From IMG/VR virus record IMGVR_UViG_3300027782_000025, positions 1 to 64,000 of that record: DNA of 64,000 nucleotides. One strand, written 5' to 3'. Positions 16,338 to 24,816 of this stretch are shown one piece after another (position 1 is the stretch's first letter; the number at the start of each line of letters is the position of its first letter). Below the pieces are notes generated by a model. That model had not been told where the DNA came from. It worked only from the letters and a program-made list of their open reading frames with translations, and made no database searches. The translations under genes and the position numbers were made by a program.

Positions 16338-16417
16338 TTCACATCCATAGAATTTACACCTTGACCATTACCTGCTACAAAGTATTGGGTTTTTAACACT
16401 TGTTCAAGGAAACTAAG

Positions 16418-17173
16418 ATGAATGCTGAAATGCTACGAGCATCGGCTACTCCGAGTAAAGCTTGCAGATATGCCATTGACAATGTTACAAAACGATGGAG
16501 AAGAAAAAAAGCTTTAGAACCAATAATAATGACAAGCGCATTCTGTGCTATGGATTACGCTTGCCATGTGATTGAAGGTCGTTGGCCAGAAGCCGAACCT
16601 ATTATAATAACAAATCCATATGCTGCCTTAGAATACGCTATAAACGTTATCAAAGGTAGATGGCCGATAGGCGAACCAATTATATTAACGGACCCTGCGC
16701 GATCAGTATTATATGCTGAATACGTCATCCGTGGCCGCTGGTTAGATGCCGAACCGAGCATTATGACGTTAGAACCATGCCGTGGTGAACATATTCAACG
16801 CTATGCCAAGGAAGTAATGAAAGGAAGATGGCTAGAGGCAGAATCCAACCTATCAAAAGACGCAGAATATTCTTATATCTATGCCAGAGAAGTAATAAAA
16901 GGCCGCTTCCACGAGGCAGAGCCTACCATAAAGGCAAACACACGATATGCTTATCAATACGCAAGAGACTGCATCAGAGGAAGATGGGAAGACCCTTTGG
17001 TGGAATTAAGAATCCTAGAATACGGCAGCTTTAGCATTCGCGGCCGCCCATCAGAATACGCGCTTGAAATCGCAAAAATGTCACCAGACTCACTAAGAGC
17101 AGAACTCGAAATATACCTCGCAGATTTCTTGCCGAACGATAATGACGACCTTACCGACACCAAATCAGAATAA
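16418..17173 (+). CDS. 26-aa repeat solenoid protein
   Basis: About 7 GRWxxAEPxI repeats; cap RWEDPxVELRILE..YA..IAKMS and tail DDLTDTKSE. Confidence 0.85.
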   Translation: MNAEMLRASATPSKACRYAIDNVTKRWRRKKALEPIIMTSAFCAMDYACHVIEGRWPEAEPIIITNPYAALEYAINVIKGRWPIGEPIILTDPARSVLYAEYVIRGRWLDAEPSIMTLEPCRGEHIQRYAKEVMKGRWLEAESNLSKDAEYSYIYAREVIKGRFHEAEPTIKANTRYAYQYARDCIRGRWEDPLVELRILEYGSFSIRGRPSEYALEIAKMSPDSLRAELEIYLADFLPNDNDDLTDTKSE

Positions 17174-17185
17174 AAGGAGTAAGTC

Positions 17186-17497
17186 ATGCTAAACTGGCTC
17201 AGAGAAAAATGGACCGTCAAACAAACACCCTGCAGTGGAGCCACCCCCAACTGCCACATAATATCCGCCGCCACCGGCAAAATCATCTTCAAGGATAACC
17301 GGTACGGCCGGTCTCTAGAAAGCGCCACCCTCATGAGCGCCGCCCCAGAACTCTACGAGGCCGCAGAAAACGCATACTGTGACCTCCTAAATATCCTCTC
17401 AAGCATTGACCCAGAAAAGAAAAGCCTAGCTTGGGAGACCATAGACCAACTACAGAACGCGCTCAAAAAAGCTACCAGCTACCACAACGAGGAATAA
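17186..17497 (+). CDS. Phage hypothetical (LxSAAPELYEA family)
   Basis: SD AAGGAG; AAP(E/D)L motif also in 32721-33086. Confidence 0.7.
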   Translation: MLNWLREKWTVKQTPCSGATPNCHIISAATGKIIFKDNRYGRSLESATLMSAAPELYEAAENAYCDLLNILSSIDPEKKSLAWETIDQLQNALKKATSYHNEE

Positions 17498-18153
17498 TGG
17501 CTAAAAAGCAACCACCAAGGCCAAGACACCCCGATGTCGACAAAGCCTGGGAACAACACCATAAGCTATTAAAATATTGGGCCTCTAAATGTAAAAGAAT
17601 ATTCGGCGGCCATGTAAACACATATCTATCCGAACTTTATATAAAGCTCAACAACGACCTATGGCTGTTCGACCCATCAAGAGGAGTAAAGTTCTCAACC
17701 TATTTCTCTACCCAAATACTTGGATACCTATACCGCATCGTCAGACTAGAATCAGAAGCCGAAATGGCCACTTGGGCCGGCACCTATTCAAAAAGCAAAA
17801 CCAGCTTCAAATGCAAAGTATTCAGCGAACAATGCTGCAACATAGATCGACAAGAGTTTAAAGACAAAAGAGATTACTACAACTGGGTGCACGATATGAT
17901 AGAAGAAATCGGTGGAAGAGAAGAAGCATGGTACTGGCTCACCTTCAACATAAGCGCCAGATCGATAGATATAATCCACCGCCGATTCGTCCTAGGGCAC
18001 ACCCTAGAAGAAATCGGCCGGCATTATAATGTGACTAGAGAAAGAATAAGACAATTAGAGTTTTTAGCGATGGCCACAATCAAAGAACGATTCGGTAACA
18101 ATAAAAAAATCGAAACACTAATCAAAAGATATGGCTTAAAATTTAAAGATTAA
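17497..18153 (+). CDS. RNA polymerase sigma-70 family factor
   Basis: Region 2 FDPSRGVKFSTY; region 4 TLEEIGRHYNVTRERIRQLE. Confidence 0.9.
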   Translation: MAKKQPPRPRHPDVDKAWEQHHKLLKYWASKCKRIFGGHVNTYLSELYIKLNNDLWLFDPSRGVKFSTYFSTQILGYLYRIVRLESEAEMATWAGTYSKSKTSFKCKVFSEQCCNIDRQEFKDKRDYYNWVHDMIEEIGGREEAWYWLTFNISARSIDIIHRRFVLGHTLEEIGRHYNVTRERIRQLEFLAMATIKERFGNNKKIETLIKRYGLKFKD

Positions 18154-18365
18154 TAAGGATAGCCCCAGTGCGGAACCAACACATCACAAACCCTAATCAT
18201 ATGCTCAGCAGGAATACAACGCGCCACCAACTGCCGGTCCTGTGACGTCCGATAAGACGCCACATCCTTCAACCCCTCCTCCTTCGACTCATAAATAATC
18301 TCATTAATCGGCGCCCAAGTATCACCCTTCTTACTCGACTTCTTCAATTTAACAAGTCTAAACAT
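18150..18365 (-). CDS. Hypothetical protein
   Basis: ATG overlaps the upstream TAA. Confidence 0.65.
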   Translation of the reverse strand: MFRLVKLKKSSKKGDTWAPINEIIYESKEEGLKDVASYRTSQDRQLVARCIPAEHMIRVCDVLVPHWGYPY

Positions 18366-18799
18366 TACCAACTCCCTTTAAAAGAAGCGCCAAGGTTCAC
18401 CTTATTAACCACATGAGGGTCCTGCGGCAACACATCAGTATTAACATTAGTCTCAATAGATCTAGTGCAACCGCAAAATAAACACAAAACTAAACACACT
18501 AGTAAAGCTTTACATTTCTCCCAAAGGAAATAACTGAGCCCAGAAGGCATATAACCATGCTTTAACCACAGCCTACCCTGCTCGCGCCGATTCTCAAGGA
18601 ATTTAACCCTTAAGTATCTCTTAACAATCCCACCACCACAATCAACACTGGCGATCGTAGTAGCCCCGCCAAGATCCAAACTCGGCGGGGCTACAGTTAC
18701 CATGATTTCTCTATGATCAACACCCTCTTTGATCAGCTTTATAATCATCTCTTCGATAAAATAATCAGCTGACTCTTCTGGCAACATTTCTTCTAACAT
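18365..18799 (-). CDS. Hypothetical with internal hydrophobic/lipobox-like segment
   Basis: SD GGAGG; LLVCLVLCLFCGC. Confidence 0.65.
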   Translation of the reverse strand: MLEEMLPEESADYFIEEMIIKLIKEGVDHREIMVTVAPPSLDLGGATTIASVDCGGGIVKRYLRVKFLENRREQGRLWLKHGYMPSGLSYFLWEKCKALLVCLVLCLFCGCTRSIETNVNTDVLPQDPHVVNKVNLGASFKGSW

Positions 18800-18825
18800 A
18801 ATTCCTCCATGAAATATATGATTAA

Positions 18826-19125
18826 TTAATCCTCGTCATGCTCCCCATCTTCTTCGACTTCATCCAAAAAATCATCATCAACTGGCTTCATCTTAGCTAC
18901 CCGATCCCAAGCGTCAAGGATCTGATCGGGAATGCCAGCGACCTCTTTTGGATCACCCTTATCCAGCAGCATAGCTGCCAATAGGATATCAAGCGACGCC
19001 CCCATCATACCGATAGCCCCCATGATTTTCTGGGGCGGCTCTTCGCAATACTTCTGAATCTCAGCCAAAGCATTATGCATCGCATTGTGAACCGGAATCA
19101 ACTGACTAACTCTTCTATCGCTCAT
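18826..19125 (-). CDS. Hypothetical acidic-tail protein
   Basis: Promoter TTGACA-N17-TACAGG at 19164-19192 (-), SD AAGGAG. Confidence 0.75.
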   Translation of the reverse strand: MSDRRVSQLIPVHNAMHNALAEIQKYCEEPPQKIMGAIGMMGASLDILLAAMLLDKGDPKEVAGIPDQILDAWDRVAKMKPVDDDFLDEVEEDGEHDED

Positions 19126-19188
19126 TTTCGTCTCCTTAGAAAGATTTATCATCACCACAAAAGCCTGTAACAGACTATAGATAATTTG

Positions 19189-19890
19189 TCAATCCAATAA
19201 TTTCAATAATAAACTAACAAGCGCCTCTGACTCAACCACCGAAAACCACCGGGAAAAAGTATCTGTCTCGCGGTGGCACTGAGCCCAACGCTCACAGCGC
19301 CCCCGTAATTTAATTTCCGCTAAATCTTTGTCTGACACCAGAGTTAAACACGCGCTCCCGCGCAGTGTAGAGCCCGGGGACCTAGCGGTGATCGCCAAAA
19401 CAGAATTATTCGGCGGCATGATGACCTCAACCAAATCCGGGAGCAAATCAAACGTCCCGTGCCTATTAATCACCGGGTGACTTCCCCCGGCAGTAAGCTC
19501 CAGATCAAGCAGATACTCTATGGGATAATCCCGCAGCAGCTGGTTGACACCGGCAAGCGCCGGGTTACACGCCTCCTCCATATCCACCCAGGCTATAACA
19601 ACGTCCCGTTTAGGTGGTTGTCCCTGAAGACTATTTTGTATGATCTGGTTATTGAGACTTACCAGGTTAAGAAGGCTAGCGTTGTTGTCTAGGCAATTCT
19701 CTGATTTCTTATTAACCACATCGTGGTGCGCAGTGATAGCTAGCGCGGGCCCTGGCTCTCGGCCTTTGATAAACGAGTATAGATTAAAGTATTTGTCAAG
19801 ATATGGTTTGATGGTGCCGACGCCGGAAATAAGATCGTTGATGGCGTTGAGCTTCTCTAAACCGTGGACGCCGATTATTTTATTATAAAT
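19189..19890 (-). CDS. M28/M20-like zinc peptidase, start codon uncertain (ATT proposed)
   Basis: Frame open 19923 to 19189: AITAHHDVV..CLDNNAS..AWVDMEE..LDLELTAGG. The first GTG (19719) lies after the HxD motif. Confidence 0.65.
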   Translation of the reverse strand: MYNKIIGVHGLEKLNAINDLISGVGTIKPYLDKYFNLYSFIKGREPGPALAITAHHDVVNKKSENCLDNNASLLNLVSLNNQIIQNSLQGQPPKRDVVIAWVDMEEACNPALAGVNQLLRDYPIEYLLDLELTAGGSHPVINRHGTFDLLPDLVEVIMPPNNSVLAITARSPGSTLRGSACLTLVSDKDLAEIKLRGRCERWAQCHRETDTFSRWFSVVESEALVSLLLKLLD

Positions 19891-19923
19891 ATTTAAATCC
19901 CCTAAGGATTTAATACTTTTGAA

Positions 19924-20289
19924 TTATTTCTTTTTGCGCTTCGGTAATTGGATTTCGATCAATTGAATTATGGCTAAGAGCCCGGAGATAGCGTCGCGTA
20001 TCTTGTCGCCTCGAGAGATTTCTACTGGTTTCTTTTCTTTCCCCCTTTTCTTAGCGCTATTAACATATATCTTGTGTTTAAACACCGGGACTGCGCGGCC
20101 ACGCTGATTCAGCCTAGTGGTGCCGTCCGAGTAAATCTCACCGTTAGACAGCAGCCGGTGCCTGATGGTTTTAACACTAGCCGGCTTACTATCCTCCATA
20201 TGTCGAAGCAATTCATCATCAGTCAGTCCTAGGGCGCTGTTCTTAAACGCTCCCAATACTTTCTTTGAGGCGTCATTGTCTCTTGGCAT
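19924..20289 (-). CDS. Winged-HTH-like DNA-binding protein
   Basis: GLTDDEL...RHRL...GEIYSDG..R..RGR pattern, similar to 51755-52252. Confidence 0.6.
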   Translation of the reverse strand: MPRDNDASKKVLGAFKNSALGLTDDELLRHMEDSKPASVKTIRHRLLSNGEIYSDGTTRLNQRGRAVPVFKHKIYVNSAKKRGKEKKPVEISRGDKIRDAISGLLAIIQLIEIQLPKRKKK

Positions 20290-20301
20290 ACCGGGCTCCT
20301 A

Positions 20302-20330
20302 TTTACAAGATAAATACCGTTGGTTACAGA
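20302..20330 (+). promoter_or_regulatory. Promoter TTTACA-N17-TACAGA for traR-csrA operon
   Basis: Same class as the early cassettes (GG instead of TG). Confidence 0.6.
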
Positions 20331-20370
20331 AATTTCGAGAGTATTTACCGTACTAATAGGAGGATTTATA

Positions 20371-20544
20371 ATGAGAATATGCCGAGCATGTGGCCAGGAG
20401 ATTCCCGCGGGCCGTGTTGAAGCACTACCCAATGTAAAGTATTGTATAAAATGTAGCGACGCTTTTACAGCAGAGATACAGGCTGACGACGTCGTAGCTA
20501 AAGCCAGTGTAAGTGGACGGAACGGATTCGCACCCAAAGATTAA
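20371..20544 (+). CDS. TraR/DksA C4 zinc-finger protein
   Basis: CRACGQEIPAGRVEALPNVKYCIKC; SD AGGAGG. Confidence 0.85.
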   Translation: MRICRACGQEIPAGRVEALPNVKYCIKCSDAFTAEIQADDVVAKASVSGRNGFAPKD

Positions 20545-20554
20545 GGAGGACCTA

Positions 20555-20749
20555 ATGGGACTTATAGTATCACGGAAGTTAAATGAATCAATCATTATAA
20601 AAACCGATCTTGGACAGATAGAAATCATCGTTACCAACATCCACACCTCGAGAGTCAGTGTAAAGGTCGAATGCCCGCGTGAATTCCTGATTCTCAGAAA
20701 AGAATTAGACAAGACGCCGGTGCCCAAAATACAAGAACAGAAGGTATAA
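20555..20749 (+). CDS. csrA: Carbon storage regulator CsrA/RsmA homolog
   Basis: MGLIVSRKLNESIII..IEIIVTNI..SRVSVKVECPREFLILRKEL; SD AAGGAGG. Confidence 0.8.
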   Translation: MGLIVSRKLNESIIIKTDLGQIEIIVTNIHTSRVSVKVECPREFLILRKELDKTPVPKIQEQKV

Positions 20750-20751
20750 TA

Positions 20752-21660
20752 ATGAAACATGTCATCCCGTTCATCTGCTACTGGTCAGCGACAATATTAG
20801 TATTAACAGCAGTGTCACCGTTTTTAATGCTCGCCCTGATGCTGCAGCCATTCTTAGACACCGGCATAAAGAAATTATTCCCAGCTATACTAAAACATTG
20901 GACCGACTTAGTACGGGACACCAATGATCCGATCGGGGCCCTAGAACGCCAAGAACAACGCGAACGCGCAGAGGAAGAACGACTTGCGGCGCTTCCGCCG
21001 GCCAAACCCAAAGACTTCTTCAGCACCCTCGACTACATGACAAGAAAGACCTATATCGACATCGGCCGACGGTTAAGCTACCACCCCGACAACGACCCCG
21101 AGCGCTCAGACACCAAAAACCCATTCAGGCCTAGCTTTGATATGGTCGCGGACGCCGAACTACTTGAAAAGCTAAAGCACAAATGGTTATACAAAGCGCA
21201 AGAACTAATGCTCACCAACAATTTCACAAAATCAAAATGGGACGCCGACGGTTACACAAGAATAAATGATATATTCTTCGCGCCATACAGCGTGCACGGG
21301 AGCCCAGAGATACAAGTAACTAACGAAAAAGAGCACCAATGGCTGAAAGAATGCTGGTCCATCGCTTACGATAAATTAGAATACATTAAGGCGCTAATGA
21401 ACAGAGCTTACGAAAAAAACCACGCCCTGAACAAAAACCCCGAATTCGTATTCCGATATAAGACAGTAAGTAAACAACTAGCCGCATTAAACCACAAATA
21501 TGATGTCAGTATTAATGAAGTCAGATTAATGGCCAGTGAACTAATAGGAAAACGAAAAGCGGCATGCGACCCAATTAAGTTCTTCTTTGACTTCCGAGCA
21601 GCCACGCTGCAGAACGACATGTACACCTTCTTCAAGAACGCTAACAACGGGAGAAACTAA
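20752..21660 (+). CDS. Hypothetical membrane-anchored protein
   Basis: N-terminal hydrophobic segment; 302 aa. Confidence 0.7.
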   Translation: MKHVIPFICYWSATILVLTAVSPFLMLALMLQPFLDTGIKKLFPAILKHWTDLVRDTNDPIGALERQEQRERAEEERLAALPPAKPKDFFSTLDYMTRKTYIDIGRRLSYHPDNDPERSDTKNPFRPSFDMVADAELLEKLKHKWLYKAQELMLTNNFTKSKWDADGYTRINDIFFAPYSVHGSPEIQVTNEKEHQWLKECWSIAYDKLEYIKALMNRAYEKNHALNKNPEFVFRYKTVSKQLAALNHKYDVSINEVRLMASELIGKRKAACDPIKFFFDFRAATLQNDMYTFFKNANNGRN

Positions 21661-22076
21661 TGACCAAGATAACGATCAAAAACTCTGACTACCACCTCTA
21701 CGCCGACAAACGCGCCAAAACCGCGTTCAAAAAATACGCGTGCGAGCCAAAGGACCTCCTGTCCCCACTGACAGACCTAGAATTCAGAAGTCCAGACGAC
21801 CAAAAACACATCGCCGTAGAGGTCAAAATAAACAACTCAGTGGAAGGCAGCTTTCTCATACAGCCTGCACTAATCGAAACCCAAAAATGGTTCATCATGT
21901 CCTTCACCAACATCACAGAACCCCCTATAGACATAAATTCTAAGAAATATAAATTAAAACTCGCGTGCGGCCATGATGTCATTGGAGACAAGTCTGTAGA
22001 CAACAAATACATAAACCTATATCACGATTGCCAAATCTGTAAACGCGAAAAGACAAATCCGCCCGGACAAAACTAA
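21660..22076 (+). CDS. Hypothetical protein
   Basis: TAATG coupling. Confidence 0.7.
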   Translation: MTKITIKNSDYHLYADKRAKTAFKKYACEPKDLLSPLTDLEFRSPDDQKHIAVEVKINNSVEGSFLIQPALIETQKWFIMSFTNITEPPIDINSKKYKLKLACGHDVIGDKSVDNKYINLYHDCQICKREKTNPPGQN

Positions 22077-22089
22077 AACGGGGGAAGCA

Positions 22090-22620
22090 ATGAAAATACT
22101 TGACGCGCTTAAAAAATACGATCGATATAACTACTTCGACATGTTTTTTGAACAGACCGAAATACATAACCAAAGAACGGGCAAAACCCGATCATTCGAC
22201 GGCATCTACAGATTATACTATACAGCAGAACGCGACGGCGAAGACGTCGTTTGTGTGTTGTACAAAGGCGAAAACACAGACTTGCCGCCAACCATTCTAC
22301 CAATAGTCGTCAAAGAATGGACCTTTGAAGACGGTGGAGACGTAGAAAGAGAAGTAATAAACTTCATCGGCGTAGAAGGCATTAAAATCGAAGGAAAATC
22401 TGGGCAATTCGACATGGCCTGGTTCGAGAAAGTACCCAAGCGATATCCAACGACGGGAGAAGAATCCCTAGCCAAAATAGTAGCGACATCAGCGCTATAT
22501 CACCACCGTGAAACAATACTAGAAAAATTAGAAGATTTAGCTAAAATACACGAAGAAGATATGGATTATCTGATGGAAGCACAAAGAACAATCGACTACC
22601 TGCGCTACGGCACGCCCTAA
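22090..22620 (+). CDS. Hypothetical protein
   Basis: SD GGGG; operon continuation. Confidence 0.7.
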   Translation: MKILDALKKYDRYNYFDMFFEQTEIHNQRTGKTRSFDGIYRLYYTAERDGEDVVCVLYKGENTDLPPTILPIVVKEWTFEDGGDVEREVINFIGVEGIKIEGKSGQFDMAWFEKVPKRYPTTGEESLAKIVATSALYHHRETILEKLEDLAKIHEEDMDYLMEAQRTIDYLRYGTP

Positions 22621-22627
22621 CCCCACT

Positions 22628-23275
22628 CTAACCACCTCGGGAGCCAGAATAACCACCGCGCTTATCAGCAAGCACCTCACCGTCCCTAAACTTAGCATAT
22701 CCCTTAAAACCCATCCCCGATTCAAAATAACGTAGTTTAAAAGTAAGAAATGAAAAACGATTAGACATGATTTGGAGCGCCTCAACCGGGGGCGTCCAGG
22801 CAGTGTTAAAAGTGTAGAATAAACAAGCCTGATCATCAGGACCAGTCGTCTCACTGAAAATAGTAGACTCAGAAGTATCCCACTTAGTGCCCCAGTGATG
22901 GATGCGCCAGGTATACCAGGTCTTATGACCATAAAGATCATGATTTTTCTTATAGATAACAAGCGCCTCCTTGATCGCCTCCCTATTACCCTCCGGCTGC
23001 AGCGCCATAAACTTATCGAACGCGGCGACCCGGTCATCGCCCTCGAATTCATAAAGCGTCTTGATCATCGCGAACTGTTCATCTGAACCGTATACAATAT
23101 CAAAGACAATCTCCTTAGAACTCGCTTGGGCATCAGCCAGCGACGCTGGGGTGGGAACGATGTTATTGATCTTAAAAACAGAATCATCGTCCGGGCACTT
23201 AAGTGCAAGCTTAAACTCCTGGACCTTATCTGCTGGGCCAATAACTTTTAAATCACATTCGCACCAGTTAGGCAT
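22628..23275 (-). CDS. DUF1281/YubB ferredoxin-like protein
   Basis: MPNWC...WYTWRIHHWGTKW...FNTAWTPP motifs. Confidence 0.75.
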   Translation of the reverse strand: MPNWCECDLKVIGPADKVQEFKLALKCPDDDSVFKINNIVPTPASLADAQASSKEIVFDIVYGSDEQFAMIKTLYEFEGDDRVAAFDKFMALQPEGNREAIKEALVIYKKNHDLYGHKTWYTWRIHHWGTKWDTSESTIFSETTGPDDQACLFYTFNTAWTPPVEALQIMSNRFSFLTFKLRYFESGMGFKGYAKFRDGEVLADKRGGYSGSRGG

Positions 23276-23537
23276 AATCGTCCTCGCGTTCAGTTTCATT
23301 CCCCGGCGCCATGTCGTTACATATAATAGGGGTGCCCTCGCCAAGATAAACATTCTGAATATGCGCCTCGAAGAATTCTAAGGCCTCATAAATGTCTAAA
23401 CCAGACTCCAAGAGCTTTTCAATGATTTTATTCTTAGAATAAATAACCACATCATCTCTTGGATACTGATTACCGTAACCCATTATCGCTTCGTCATAAC
23501 CTTCTATATATAGCTTTTCTTCATTGTCAAGCGACAC
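23268..23537 (-). CDS. Conserved-type phage hypothetical
   Basis: GYDEAIMG..VIYS..KII..L..EALEFF...GEGTP pattern. Confidence 0.75.
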   Translation of the reverse strand: MSLDNEEKLYIEGYDEAIMGYGNQYPRDDVVIYSKNKIIEKLLESGLDIYEALEFFEAHIQNVYLGEGTPIICNDMAPGNETEREDDYA

Positions 23538-23539
23538 AT

Positions 23540-23731
23540 TTACACTGGCCTTTCTTCTTCCTTTTTCACATTATGAAGCTTCCACTCCTCATCATAATTC
23601 CATGGCTTCTCGAAAAAACGGAGTAGGTTCTTGATACCATAATCTGTGTCCCACTCCCCCGCGTCATGTAACTGACGCGCCAGAAGGCACACATTGTCCG
23701 TGCTCTCCCACCACTTTGGTTCAGACCTCAT
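23540..23731 (-). CDS. Hypothetical protein
   Basis: Operon context, SD GGAG. Confidence 0.7.
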   Translation of the reverse strand: MRSEPKWWESTDNVCLLARQLHDAGEWDTDYGIKNLLRFFEKPWNYDEEWKLHNVKKEEERPV

Positions 23732-24011
23732 TTTGATACTCCTTAAGAGAATTTTTCATCGCCAAAATACTGTTACGAAATGCAACTGTATCGTCAATCC
23801 AGTTCTCATGAACACTAAATATGCCCGCCATTCTCCTGAACTTCACCATATAACTATGAGTAAACGGGTTATAAGAAATGATCTTGCCTCGGTCAGAAGC
23901 TGCTTTCCGCAGCAAAGCCTGATTAGTGTTCTTACAGCGCAAGCACAGAGCGCCGCATCCACGCGACGTCAATGATATATATGTTGGGTTTTTTAAAAAC
24001 CATTCTTTCAT
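23721..24011 (-). CDS. Hypothetical protein
   Basis: SD GGAGG before ATG 24011. Confidence 0.65.
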   Translation of the reverse strand: MKEWFLKNPTYISLTSRGCGALCLRCKNTNQALLRKAASDRGKIISYNPFTHSYMVKFRRMAGIFSVHENWIDDTVAFRNSILAMKNSLKEYQNEV

Positions 24012-24074
24012 AAATCCTCCTGATATAGAGGCAGGGATCATCCAAGCACCCTTAGATAATCCCTGCGTCACCAA

Positions 24075-24278
24075 CTACTTGGAGTCATCCAAAATATCCA
24101 AAAGCCTCAACTCATCCTCGTGGTATGTCCGATAAACTTCTTTCCCTTCCCGATAATGATCAATGATTTTGAGAGTGATACATCTGATCCCCTCCATTGA
24201 TTCCCACGCTCGCTCCAAGACCCCAAGCCTCGGCTGGCCGTCCAGCTTGTACTCTTCAATCATATAATACTTAGCCAT
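24075..24278 (-). CDS. Hypothetical protein
   Basis: Promoter 24326-24353 (-), SD GGAGG. Confidence 0.7.
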   Translation of the reverse strand: MAKYYMIEEYKLDGQPRLGVLERAWESMEGIRCITLKIIDHYREGKEVYRTYHEDELRLLDILDDSK

Positions 24279-24349
24279 GACTAACCTCCATTGTGTTACT
24301 GAGAACCGGTCATCACCACCGATTCCCTGTAACAAACGGAGAAAGCCTG

Positions 24350-24751
24350 TCAATTGCTTGACTTCACCTTACTAGGGGTTGGGATAATCGACAATTGCGC
24401 AGGCATATATCCAATAACTAAAGAATAACCCTTGTAAGAATCATTCTTGCAATACATAACCTGACCCTTCGCAATTGCCAAAGTCGTCAATTTCACCAGC
24501 GCAAAAGCCATCTCGAACATCATATCCTCCGGCACACTGACATACTGATACTCAGCAAAATAATTGATGTCGATATCGACCAGCAATAATTTATTAAACA
24601 GATCCCTATCAACCACAGGAGCATAATCCCCGAAAAGAGACTCGCAATGATCGACATAATCATCATAAGTATCGAACCGACCCCCGTCGCCGAACATGTC
24701 ATCAATCAGATGACAATATTCCTTCAACTGCTCATCATTAACTTCAATCAT
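24350..24751 (-). CDS. Hypothetical protein
   Basis: Promoter near 24791 (-), SD GGAGG. Confidence 0.7.
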   Translation of the reverse strand: MIEVNDEQLKEYCHLIDDMFGDGGRFDTYDDYVDHCESLFGDYAPVVDRDLFNKLLLVDIDINYFAEYQYVSVPEDMMFEMAFALVKLTTLAIAKGQVMYCKNDSYKGYSLVIGYMPAQLSIIPTPSKVKSSN

Positions 24752-24816
24752 ACTACCTCCGGGATTAAAGGAAAAATCACCACCTAGCCCTGTAACAAAC
24801 ACCAAGACCAGCGCAA

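Larger units (their letters stand above)
746..16379. repeat. Dispersed early promoter cassette family
   Basis: TG(T/C)TACA extended -10 with TTG(A/C)nn or TTTAC(A/T) -35 at 16-17 nt. + copies at 298,766,1067,1379,1964,2414,2765,3305,3641,4031,4441,4746,5068,5566,6652,6977,7270,7705,9103,9767,11543,11824,12344,13136,13883,15110,15587,16373. - copies at 163,248,10874,11232,11483. Confidence 0.9.

Noticed and set aside
746-16379. CRISPR array or mini-array
   Set aside because: Repeats are degenerate, separated by whole genes, and match promoter/SD architecture. No constant repeat-spacer period and no cas genes.
1020-16379. Integron attC cassette array
   Set aside because: One gene per palindromic element is suggestive, but GTTACAR does not fit GTTRRRY, there is no RYYYAAC partner box, and no tyrosine integrase is in the window.
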